Assembly: GCF_018336915.1 (NCBI RefSeq)
Contig: NZ_CP064924.1
Coordinates: 90,001 to 122,000 of the forward strand
DNA length: 32,000 bases
Direction of reading: 5' to 3'
From: Acaryochloris marina S15
GTDB lineage: Bacteria > Cyanobacteriota > Cyanobacteriia > Thermosynechococcales > Thermosynechococcaceae
Shown: piece by piece, positions 17,773 to 28,839 of the stretch
Layout of the letters: every line of letters starts with the position of its first letter
How positions within the stretch are numbered: position 1 is the first letter of the stretch
The notes under the pieces: generated by a model
The model's database searches: none
Seen by the model: only the letters and a program-made list of their open reading frames with translations
What the model was told of the DNA's origin: nothing
Made by a program: the position numbers and the translations under genes

Positions 17773-18237
17773 TTACTCGACTTGCTTTTTGAGTTGACGA
17801 ACAAGCCAATAACTAATAGATAATGAGAAGATGGCTGTGGCGAGTCCTGCTAGATCTAATCCCGAAGATTTAGCAAAATCAAAAATAATCAACTTACGAG
17901 CCATCGCAATTAAGGCAGTTGCAATCACTAACTGTACTTGCACACCCTGATGATCTAGATATGCCTTGGTATTCTCTAATAATTCTAAAGCAATTAAAAT
18001 ATTGAGGAAAAGGCCAAATATACCTAGTATCATTGAATTAAAAAATCCATAGGGTTTTGTAATTAACTCACGAAACAAGCTATTCCCCAGATCCAGTAAA
18101 GCGAATGAAATGACTAGAATCAATCCTAAAGTCAAAATCTTGGCGACAGCACCTTCAAGCCGTTTCAATCCTTTCACAAAGGAATTATCGCTCAACGCTT
18201 TGACAATAGTATGCAATAGTCGACGTATACTGTTCAT
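17773..18237 (-). CDS. psiE: PsiE-family (phosphate-starvation-inducible E-like) membrane protein
   Basis: 154 aa with four hydrophobic helices. The block ALELLENTKAYL...VQLVIATALIAMARKLIIFD matches the PsiE family core pattern. Confidence 0.7.
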   Translation of the reverse strand: MNSIRRLLHTIVKALSDNSFVKGLKRLEGAVAKILTLGLILVISFALLDLGNSLFRELITKPYGFFNSMILGIFGLFLNILIALELLENTKAYLDHQGVQVQLVIATALIAMARKLIIFDFAKSSGLDLAGLATAIFSLSISYWLVRQLKKQVE

Positions 18238-18409
18238 GGAATATCTTACACGTTGTTCTCAATTACAGCCTATTCATCTTCAGTCCTGTAGCTGAATGCC
18301 TGACAGATCTTGGTATCCCATAGCTCATAAAACCTTGCACTGTAAAGAGCGGATGCGAGTGAACCAAATTTTGTTGTAGTGTTTCTTTTGAGCTTTTTTA
18401 GAAGCAAAA

Positions 18410-18664
18410 CACGGTTATGGATCATGGATGAACAAGGGAGCTGCACATACCTGAAGAGACAGAAGTCAAGCATGTAGTTGCCAGATTGCAGAAAATTTTA
18501 CTTGAAGAACTGGAAAAGCATCAGTGGCCTGTCACCTTCAGCATGGGAGTATTAATCTTTGAATATCCCCCCAGTTCTGTTGATGAGCTGATTCAATCTG
18601 CCGATCAACTCATGTATGAAGCCAAAGATGCGGGCAAAAACGCGGTCGCCTATTCAAATACTAA
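18410..18664 (+). pseudogene. 3' fragment of a GGDEF-domain gene (paralog of 1331..2227), 5'-truncated and cut by an IS at its 3' end
   Basis: LHIPEETEVKHVVARLQKILLEELEKHQWPVTFSMGVLIFEYPPSSVDELIQSADQLMYEAKDAGKNAVAYSN aligns with LHIPEETEVKHIVARLQKILLEEMEKHQWPVTCSMGVLIVEYTPNSIDELIQAADKLMYTAKSAGKNAVAYAN of the intact gene. Homology decays upstream of about 18410. An IS terminal repeat starts at 18665. Confidence 0.85.
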
Positions 18665-19793
18665 CCCAGGGCTGTTTCATTCTCATAGAGCCGTTGATAT
18701 GGTAGGGAGTCAGCCCCAATATCCTGAGCCTCCCGAATGCCTGAAATTGCTATTGTCGAAGCCTTTTGCGATCTGCCTGACAATCGTCGCGCTAGAGGGC
18801 GAAGACACACTCAATCGTTATGTTTAGCCCTATTCACCCTTGCAGTAGCCGCAGGCAATCGTGGATTCCTCGCCATCGGAGATTGGTTAAAGGCATACCA
18901 TGCTCAATTGGTTACTTTGTTTGCCCCTCATAAAGGCCGTTTACCTTCCTACAGTACAATTCGGCGTACCTTGTTGCGGATAGAGTATCTCTCGTATGGA
19001 GAGTGTTTATCTCGGTTTTTCGAGATTAAGCCCTTGCCTGGAGAAACAATTGCGACTGACGGAAAGTACTGCGTGGGTCATATGAAGCCATCAGTGATGA
19101 CCCAAGGTTAGACTCGCATCCAGCGATAATGCTCGTCAGTGCTTATATTGTTGAACGAGGGCTGATTCTGGAACCTTATGAGGTTGACTCGAAAACGAAC
19201 GAGATCACCGCGCTTCCTGCATTTATTGAACAGTTGGCACTCAAGGGTGTCGTATTTGCATTTGATGCAATCAGTACCCAAAAAAAACAGCCCAGACGAT
19301 TATAGATAGTGGCAATAATTATCTAGGAGCACTCAAGGGAAATCAATCTGGATTACTTAAAGGCGTCGAAGCTGAATTTAAAGCTCAACAGACAATAAAG
19401 CAAATAAACAAGGGACATGGACGTATTGAAAAAAGGACAATCAGTATCAGTCATGACTTAGCTGGTATTCCTGCGTTTCCGGGGTTACAAAGCATAATTC
19501 GTATCGTCTCCGAGCGCCAAATCTATCGAGCTAATATCGTTGAAAGCTCTACAGAGACTCGTTACTACGTTGCTTCATTTGTGGAGCCTGTGCAAGTTCT
19601 TGCTGACCGAATTCGTGGATATTGGGGAGTCGAAAATAAGGTACATCATGTTCGAGATGTGACTCAAGCACAACGATTAGCTGGCTTTAGCTTAGACAAC
19701 TTAAAGTCCTTGTTTAAGATGACATAACCCTATATTCAAAAGTCCAAGAAGTCATGCATAGAAAGTCTTTCAGATAAATGAAACAGCCCTGGG
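18665..19793 (+). mobile_element. ISAs1-family insertion sequence (about 1.13 kb)
   Basis: The terminal inverted repeats are cccagggctgtttcatt (18665-18681) and aatgaaacagccctggg (19777-19793). It encodes an H-repeat/ISAs1-type transposase. I could not recognise a target-site duplication. Confidence 0.8.
18737..19727 (+). pseudogene. ISAs1-family (H-repeat-associated) transposase, disrupted
   Basis: The N-terminus FCDLPDNRRARGRRHTQSLCLALFTLAVAAGNRGFLAIGDW is the ISAs1 signature. The frame breaks at the A3 run 19063-19065 and the A8 run 19280-19287. Manual reading in the shifted frames continues: LRGSYEAISDDPRLDSHPAIMLVSAYIVERG..., then AQTIIDSGNNYLGALKGNQ...RIRGYWGVENKVHHVRDVTQ. The C-terminal region also appears to have an internal deletion. 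Confidence 0.8.
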
Positions 19794-20257
19794 ATTCTAT
19801 CAGCCATGACATCACCCTTTATTCAGAAAAAAATGCTTTCCCATTTTTAGTAAAAAAATCCCCTATTAATTATTCATTTGTAAAAGTTGTCAGGGCACTG
19901 GTCTTCTAAAACTACAAGGCAAAAGTCGTTTTTCTGCAAGAGTTTCAGATAAAATGGAGGCAGAAGCCTTGAATGCGGATTCAATAAGGCCTAAAGACTA
20001 TAGATTCTGTTACGCAGCTAGTGCATTAGGTTCAAGTACTAGTTCGTGGAAATATTGGAAGGATTTTGCTAAAAAGTCCAGGCACTCGGATTGCTGGGGA
20101 CTGACGAGAGACAATTTAAGAAGAGGAGAAGGTGGACGCAGCAGTATGAGTGGCATTTCAACATCAATAATAAGCTGAAACTTCATACTATTATTGACTA
20201 GCATTAACGGACATTCCCCTTAGAAGAAATTTGAAATTACTATTGGTGGGAAATCTT

Positions 20258-21048
20258 ATGGGAGCTTATTCGAAAACTGCTTTAATTGTCAGCATTATTC
20301 TCGGAATAGCAGGAACTGGTCTATTTACTCAATCGCAATCTAAATCAGTTAAAATCTCACTTTCTTCAGACCCTGTTCAAAATTATTAGAAGAAGGAAAA
20401 GAGCAAGCGAAGCAGGGAAACTATCAAAAAGCTATTTACCATTATAATCAAGCCCTTCAAGAAAATCCTCAATATCTAACAGCATTTATTTATAGAGGAA
20501 TTGCCTATCATGATTTAGGTGAATATCAAGTTGCGATTAAAGACTTCAATCATGCTTTAAGAATTAATCCAGATCACCCGATTGCACTATACAACCGAGG
20601 AGAATCACGCTCTGATATAGGCGATTTCGACGGGGCCATTATTGATTTAACTAAAGCGATTCAGTTAAAGCCAAACTATGCTGAAGCATACAACGTTCGA
20701 GCAATAATATTTGGTTCAGTGCAAGGAGAATGGAAGATGGCATTGATGGATCTAAATCAAGCCATCCGCTTTCAGCCAGATTATGCTGATGCATATTATA
20801 ACCGTGGGAGAACTTATGCAGCAATGCAAAACGCTTCCCAAGCGATTTCGAATTATACAAAAGCTATAAAGCTAAATGCAGAATTAGCTGAGGCATACGG
20901 AAATAGAGGTCTGATTAAAGCCCAAACTGGGGATAAAAATGGTGGATTAGTTGATTTACAGCACGCGGCTGATCTTTTCCAGAAGCAAGGAGATTTGGGA
21001 AATTATCAGCATACGGTATTGAGGATTCAACAAATAAAGCAAAATTAA
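20258..21048 (+). pseudogene. TPR-repeat protein with an N-terminal hydrophobic anchor, split by one frame change
   Basis: The ATG at 20258 opens a 43-codon frame (MGAYSKTALIVSIILGIAGTGLF...) that stops at 20387. The TPR frame is open from 20353 but has no ATG/GTG/TTG before 20719. Adding one A to the A4 run 20379-20382 joins them (..SSDPVQKLLEEGKEQAKQGNYQKAIYHYNQAL..). There are at least 5 TPR units (AxxxYNRG). Confidence 0.75.
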
Positions 21049-21277
21049 TCTCTTAAGGAAAAGTGACTGCTGACCACAAGCTAGATGTAGGTAATGACAT
21101 ACCCCAGAATCAACCGATCGGACTAGTCCAAAAGGAGGATGGAGATGCAATAAATTTCATCCTCTCTGCTGATGGTGAGTTTAAGTAATTTTGCTTCAAT
21201 GAAGATACGGTTTCAACAATCTTGTGGGTTGCCAGATTACAGCTTTACTCAAGCCATTTATTATAAGAGATTGAACC

Positions 21278-21801
21278 ATGTTTTCTAGCCGTCCCACTCA
21301 ATGGATTCTTAGCACTACTTTCCTCGTAAGCAGCCTGGCCCTAGTTGGTTGCCAATCTATTCAGGCTAGACCTAATAGTGATTCTTCTCAAACAAATCCT
21401 GCGGCAATCCTCCAGCCTGGGAAAAATCAATCCCAAGATTACCTGATGACAGGGATTCAAAAGCCTTTACCGAAGACTATGTGGGTGCGATTGAAGCCTA
21501 TGATCTAGCGATTCAATTAACAACCTCGAATTCGGAAGTTTATTACAATCGTGGTGTTGCGTATTTCTCAATTGGTCAGACTGACAATGCGATCAAGGAT
21601 TTTAACCGTGCCATCGAACTAACTCCCACTATGGCTGAAGCTTATGGCAATCGCGGTACGATTCGTCTGCTGATGAATGATCGTCAAGATGCCTTATCTG
21701 ATTTCCAGACAGCTGCTCAGTTATTTGACGCACAAGAAGATCATACCTCTGCAAACATGATGCGTGGGTTGATTGAGCAAAACAAGACTCAGCCCTTATA
21801 G
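21278..21801 (+). pseudogene. TPR-repeat lipoprotein, split by one frame change
   Basis: The N-terminus has a signal peptide and lipobox (LALVGC). Adding one A to the A4 run 21459-21462 joins ..DYLMTGIQK to AFTEDYVGAIEAYDLAIQL... (track ORFs 21278..21508 and 21481..21801). Confidence 0.75.
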
Positions 21802-21981
21802 AATTTTGAAACTCCCTTCAGTATTGGCCACCAGGCGAAATAACATTCATCTCCCTCCCATCTGTAATCACCTTTAGATCATGACTCATACACTCTCTCA
21901 GGCAGTAGGGTGTTCCTCATCTACCCCAAAAATCACAAAACTCTCATGGTGGAAATCTGTTAGACCCTGAGATACCTATCC

Positions 21982-22086
21982 TATGATTTGGGCATTGACT
22001 TGGGTACTTCCAATACTTTGATGCACAGTTCTCATCAAGAAATCGTGTTGTAAGAATCCTCTGTTATTGCGATCAATTCAACAACT
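21982..22086 (+). pseudogene. mreB-like (actin-fold ATPase) N-terminal stub
   Basis: Manual translation gives YDLGIDLGTSNTLMHSSHQEIVL*ESSVIAINSTT*. This matches the MreB N-terminal phosphate-1 pattern (DLGIDLGTANTLVY..GIVLNEPSVVAI). It has an in-frame TAA, no start codon and no continuation. Confidence 0.45.
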
Positions 22087-22285
22087 TAAATGAAAATATC
22101 AGTGCTGAGTGTCTTAGATTATCATTCTCAATATTATTGACTATTGAATGCAGTTTTTCTGACATTGACACGAGGAATTAACTTTTTCAAGAACTGAATT
22201 TTTCTAAAATTCTCAATCAAAATTCTGGATACTTCAGTACTAACACTTTTCTGATTTGAACAGTATCCCCAATTATTAGAGGTAA

Positions 22286-23924
<1,639 letters not shown>

Positions 23925-23979
23925 TATTCTCGTTCACTACCTGAATGATTTCAGTCAAACCTTTTAAGTAGCATCACTC

Positions 23980-24572
23980 TCTATCTAAACTGCTGATTGT
24001 CTTAAAGTCATATACATGTAAAAACCTATGTCATGGATATGACAAACTACTCAATTATTCTAAAGAATCAGCCTGTCTTCAGAGATGACAGAATGGGAAA
24101 ATCCAAAAATCGAATTCTCTGAAGGCTGGTTTGCCAATATTTGCTTAAAATAATAAATACCTTGCCAAAATTGAGGGACAGACTATGACCATATCGCAAT
24201 CATTACCCTTCCCTAACTGGTCTTTGGGGGAGAAAATTAAATGCTTTTTAACCTGGGTTTTTATTCTTACGGTCTGTTGGTTAGTGGTGGGGTTCCCAAT
24301 TGTGGCACTCATTTCTATTAGTGGTGCATTACTGGCTCTAGGTTTGCAGGTTCTGTTACCAATGAGTACGATTGCAGTGGTCGCAGGCTGTATTCTGGCA
24401 GCCAACGTGATCATCCTACTGGGCGTAGCTGTTTCACTTACAGCTTGGGGGATACATCCACATCAGGCACCTGGTTTTCTATGGCTTAATCAAAAAAATA
24501 AAAACACAGACTCCCGTTATTTTTGCTGCTTGTCCGTTGACTTGCGACAGCCATAGAACAATCGAAGCACAA
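23980..24572. repeat. Right copy of the diverged inverted repeat (small-membrane-protein cassette)
   Basis: See 590-1295. It is in inverted orientation relative to the left copy. Confidence 0.85.
24185..24556 (+). CDS. Small hydrophobic protein, about 3 TM helices (paralog of 597..986)
   Basis: 123 aa, MTISQSLPFPNWSLGEKIKCFLTWVFILTVCWLVVGFP... The last 15 codons or so are read in a different frame from the paralog, although the underlying DNA is nearly identical. Confidence 0.7.
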   Translation: MTISQSLPFPNWSLGEKIKCFLTWVFILTVCWLVVGFPIVALISISGALLALGLQVLLPMSTIAVVAGCILAANVIILLGVAVSLTAWGIHPHQAPGFLWLNQKNKNTDSRYFCCLSVDLRQP

Positions 24573-24652
24573 TATTTCGTAAGCGACCATGGTGATGGGT
24601 TATGGTTCCATCAATCAGAGCTCGTTCTAACAGATTCTGGGGTCACTCAAAT

Positions 24653-24701
24653 ATCGTAAGCGACCATGGTCGCTTACGATGCAATGCATTACTATTGCAT
24701 C
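24653..24701. terminator. Two adjacent hairpins between convergent genes (possible bidirectional terminator)
   Basis: A 28-bp perfect palindrome, atcgtaagcgaccatggtcgcttacgat, spans 24653-24680. It is followed by gatgcaat-N8-attgcatc (24678-24701), which overlaps the kinase stop codon. There is no clear U-tract. Confidence 0.4.
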
Positions 24702-27418
24702 TCATGGCCTAAAGTATGTGAGTTCTTTTCCTGAAATTGCCCAAGTGTCTGAAGTAACTCTTGCAGAGTATAAGGCTTAGGCAAAAAGGCATCAACACTG
24801 ATAGTAGAAAATTGCTCTGTAATCAGTCCGCTAGTAGCAACAATCTTGAGGTGCGGATTGATGTCTCTCAGTGCTGAGATCGCTTCTTGCCCTCCTAGCT
24901 CCGGCATCATCATATCCATGAGTACAAGGTCAGGGTGATATTGCTTGTACTGAGCGATCGCATCTCTCCCATTCGTAGCCGTGACCACTTGATAGTTGAA
25001 TAGTTCTAACGTGCTCTTGGTCATTTGCAGGATCAGCGCTTCGTCATCCACCACTAAAATTAACTGCCCCTGCCCCTCTTGTAAGTCAGGATATTGAGGT
25101 ATCTCCATCTCATGATCGAGTTCAGCGGGGATAAACACTGTAAAGGTTGTTCCTCGACCCACCTCGGAATAAAGGTCTAAAAATCCGCCATGACCTTTGA
25201 TAATGCCCCTCACCGTCGATAGCCCTAATCCTGTACCCTGGCCAACCTCTTTGGTCGTGAAAAAGGGATCATAAATGCGCTCTTGTACCTCGAGTGGTAT
25301 GCCCATACCCGTATCAGCAACAGTGATCGCGACATACTTCCCAGTCTTTGCATCAATATGTATCTCCGCAAAGTGTTCATCCACTGTTATTGCTTTGGCC
25401 GATAGACTTAGAATGCCACCGTTAGGCATGGCATCACGGGCATTCACGCAAAGGTTCATCAATATCTGATGGACTTGGGTTGCATCGGCGGTCACCGTGG
25501 GCAGAGACTGGGTGGGAATATTGGCCTGCAGCTCAATGTGTTTTGGGAACGTGCTTCTGATGATCTGTTGAATCTCGGCCAATAGGTGACCGACCTGGAG
25601 CGTAATGAATTCCCCCTCAGCCCCCGTGCGAAAGCTAGAATTTGCTTGACTAATTCGCTGCCGCGTTGAGCGCTATCGTTGAGCATCCGCACCAAGCGGC
25701 GGCTCTTGCTGTCTGCTGGGTCTAGGGTGATGGGTAGGAGACCCGCTGAACCAATGATAGGGGTGAAATATTGTTGAGATCGTGAGCGATGCCACTGGCG
25801 AGGGTGCCTAAGCTCTCTAGTCGCTGGGCGCGCAGAAACTGGACCTCGAGCTGCTTTTGCTCAGTAATGTCCGTATCAACGGTGAGGATGAATTCAGGTT
25901 GACCCTCTGCATTACAGGCTAACGACCAGCGACTATCAACGACGATTGTTTGTTTCGATTGGGTCACTTTTCTAGCTCCCCTTGCCATTCGCCCTGTTCA
26001 AGAACAGTTTGTACGGCGGTGTCTAGCTCGGGGGAACTTGTTAATTGAGGAAGGTGATTGCATTTTGGCCGCAGGCTTCTGCTGCTGACCATCCATAGGT
26101 GCGCTGTGCCCCCTGATTCCAATACAAAATGCGATTATCTAAATCCCGTACAAAAATTGCATCGGTGGCAATGTCCAGCAATGCAGCCTGCTCCCCAATT
26201 GTATGTTCGGCCTGCTCACGGAGTTGTAGCTCATCTTGGAGCTGTTGATTGGTGAGCAGTAGGTTTTGCCGTTGGATTTGCAGCATATTGACCATGTGAT
26301 GGAGGGAACGCGAGAGCTGGGCCAACTCATCTCGTCCCTCAACGGTCGGTAAGGTTTCATCAGGGCTGCCTTGCCGAATGCGATCAGCAGCAGTGGTGAG
26401 TTTAATCGTTACGAACGAGATGCGGCGTGCAATCAACCAACTGAGCAATGCAAACAGCGTTCCGATACCCAGTCCCAACCAAAACCTTTGCCTGTAGCAC
26501 CCGAGCTGGGGCGAAGGCTTGGGTCACCGATCGACGGGCCAGCACAATCCAGCCCAGTCCAGGATAGCTGAGATAGCCCTTAGTCTTGGCCCAGCCAGTC
26601 ACAAACTCCCCTGACTGGGCCAAGACTCAATAAAATATCCTGTCCGATTCGTATTGGAGGCTTTAAGGATGGTGATCGGTAATGTTTCACCCTGAACACT
26701 GCTGGTCCCAGCAATACATGCCCGTCTTGGCAGAGAACCAAGATTTCAGCATGATTGTGTTTGGCTTCTGGATTGATGAGCCGATGGGTAGTCTCCTTTG
26801 CCCACGACCAGCTTAAATGGACAGCGAGAACACCCTGAAGTTGTCCCTGATCATCAAATAGAGGGTTGACAAGTCCACAAATCGGGATGATTCATCAGTG
26901 GGATTAGAGGGCCGTTTTTCTAGCATCAATGCCTCATGCATGCTACCAACAAAGGGCTGCTTCCGTCCTGCCTGAAACCACGGACGCTGGGCAACACTTT
27001 CTCCCTCCAGCAGTCCTCCAGTGCTGGCTTTCACTATACCTGCAGGGTCTGCTACCCCCAGCCAAGAATAGTTAGGGTAGGACTTCTGAAGCTGTTCCAA
27101 CAGATTCCGCTCAGTGGTTATTGAGACACTCGGTTGACGCAGCACGTCAAGGCTGGCAATGATTTGCAAATCCCGATAGCGCTCAAACATACCGCGATCA
27201 AGCTTGTCGGCCACTTGAAAGGCCAGATCTTCTAAAGATTGATTAGTGACCGCTTCTAGTTGTTCCGTGCTGATGTTGCCCACCACTAGACTCAAAACGG
27301 TCGAGAGCAGTAGAACCATCCCAAACGTGATCAACAGTAAGCGAGCTTTGAGGCTTTGACGAGGATCAATTGACCGCCGTGCTCGCTTACTCCAATGTCG
27401 AAGTGAGTCAGGCCACAT
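24692..27418 (-). pseudogene. Hybrid sensor histidine kinase (TM-Cache-like periplasmic domain-TM-HAMP-coiled coil-PAS-HisKA-HATPase-REC), heavily frameshifted
   Basis: Track ORFs 26813..27418, 26402..26623, 26041..26478, 25722..25988, 25492..25695 and 24692..25582, plus two untracked frames, are colinear parts of one roughly 900-aa kinase. Markers in order: WIVLARR..AFAPAR, GLGIGTLFALLSWLIARR, HAMP DELAQLSRSLHHMV, PAS LLDIATDAIFVRDLDNRILYWNQGAQRTYGW, H-box [11 protein letters not shown]-box NLCVNARDAM, G1 DTGMGI, G2 GTGLGLS, REC LVVDDE...LVLMDMMMPELGG. I traced 8 frame changes and no in-frame nonsense codon. Confidence 0.88.
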
Positions 27419-27510
27419 AGATAATATTTCTCAGATTTTTTTAGCTGGCCTGAAATGCATCCTTATCTAATATCACTCACCCATAGCTTACCTCGGCTCA
27501 ACCTCATATT

Positions 27511-27931
27511 GTGACCCAAGCAAAAGCAATGCTATCAAGGGCTCAGACGCAAAGACAGACAAATCCTAAGATAGCGGCGATAATGGAGTTGATTGAAACG
27601 ATTGTGGTCTATAAATTTCCACAACTGAGCCGGGAAGAGATAGAGAGTATGTTGGGCTTAAGCGAACTCAAGCAAACGAAAGTTTACCAGGAAGCCTTGG
27701 ACGAAGGTCGCCAGGAAGGACGACAGGAAGGTGAACAGTCTGGCGCTCTTAGAGAAGCCCAATCCCTCATCCTCCGCCAACTCACCCGCCGCATTGGTGA
27801 CGTTTCCCCTGAATTACAATCCCAGATTCAATCCCTCCCTCGATCAACTCGAAACTCTTGGTGAGGCATTGCTCGACTTTACTGAATCTTCTGATCTGGT
27901 GAACTGGCTGAAGGAACACTACACCGATTAA
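27511..27931 (+). pseudogene. C-terminal fragment of a DUF4351/Rpn-family (putative recombination-promoting nuclease/transposase) gene
   Basis: IETIVVYKFPQLSREEIESMLGLSELKQTKVYQEALDEGRQEGRQEGE...LILRQLTRRIGDVSPELQSQIQSL, then after a frame change at the C3 run 27837-27839, LDQLETLGEALLDFTESSDLVNWLKEH. This is the typical C-terminal module of this cyanobacterial family. The N-terminal nuclease part is absent. Confidence 0.6.
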
Positions 27932-28290
27932 CAGGTTTTCAGCTCAGTCAGACGCATAGGCGACAAGTCGGCATGTTGAGCCAAACACAAAATAATTTGC
28001 ACCACAGAGTATGAATTCCAAGATCACCATATTAGATCTGTGATTTTAATTCCAGATTTTCTACCAAAATCTGTATTACACAAAAACTTACACGAAAAAA
28101 TGACTCTCCCAGACTCGTCTCTAGAATTCTTTCCCCGATTGACTTTGGAGATTCCGGTGTTCGCTGTGGTTCTGGTCGGGCTGGTCTTTTGTTCGATCTG
28201 AAGAGTTTGGATGCTTCTGAGCTGTGACGCTAACCAAGCAAAGCATTTGGTTTATGGGTAGATGCCATCTACTCCCTTCCCGGCATAAGA

Positions 28291-28839
28291 TTAGGGCGCG
28301 AGTGAAAAGATATGATTAAGCGTTTTTTGGACTTGTGCTGCCGATAGAAACTGGTTTGAAGTAATGAACTGAATGAACTGTTGTCTGATTTGCGGAAGTG
28401 TCGTTCCAATGGGGAGATGATGCAGCAATCGCAATCTCAGTAAGTGAATCACATATTCGACCAAGTTTAGCTTGGGAGAGTAGGACGGCAGATACAAAAA
28501 CTCAACTTGAATCGATTGGGCCAGTCCCATTTGCTCTAGATGAACAGCCAGCTGGGACTGCATTTTGAGCTTATGAGTCGGATTGTTATCGAGAATAATG
28601 CACAGTTGAGTGTAGCCTGATTCAACGCATTCGGAGCATAGGTCTGCAAAGTACTCTGATACATCTTCTGTTTTGGAATATGGGCTTATTCCAAAATACT
28701 CCTCGCCACTATGGGCATCAACACAAAGGAAACCGTTGAGTTTCTTGCGAGCCCGCTCATTGCTCGGAACCTCTGGACGAGTATTGCTCGGAACCTCTGG
28801 ACGAGTATTGCGTTCTGCCCAGCCATAGAATAAATTGGG
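28291..28839 (-). pseudogene. IS630-family DDE transposase, C-terminal half
   Basis: Manual and track translation gives LFYGWAERNTRPEVPSNTRPEVPSNERARKKLNGFLCVDAHSGEEYF...CIILDNNPTHKLKMQSQLAVHLEQMGL...FLYLPSYSPKLNLVEYV. It contains an in-frame 24-bp tandem duplication. Confidence 0.8.
28761..28808. repeat. Perfect 24-bp tandem duplication inside the IS630 transposase
   Basis: tgctcggaacctctggacgagtat occurs twice back-to-back (28761-28784 and 28785-28808). This duplicates NTRPEVPS in frame. Confidence 0.9.

Noticed and set aside
19954-20204. Mutually overlapping ORFs 19954..20178 (+) and 20010..20204 (-) in the gap after the ISAs1 element.
   Set aside because: They overlap each other on opposite strands and have no recognisable motifs or ribosome-binding sites. 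The region looks like non-coding debris next to the IS.
20375-21465. Both TPR genes change from the signal-peptide frame to the TPR frame at the same heptamer TTCAAAA (20376-20382 and 21456-21462), which suggests programmed -1 ribosomal frameshifting.
   Set aside because: TTCAAAA is not an X XXY YYZ slippery site. The identical one-base-short homopolymer signature occurs at 17 other unrelated sites in the same 13 kb. A shared artefact or mutational bias is the simpler explanation.
22099-22118. A CIRCE-like half element (cagtgctgagtgtcttag) upstream of groEL.
   Set aside because: No matching inverted arm with 9-nt spacing is present, so it does not form the TTAGCACTC-N9-GAGTGCTAA operator.
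28100-28201. A 33-codon ORF (MTLPDSSLEFFPRLTLEIPVFAVVLVGLVFCSI) just left of the IS630 end.
   Set aside because: It has no ribosome-binding site and no conservation evidence is available. It may be a remnant of the gene disrupted by the IS. The support is too weak to call.
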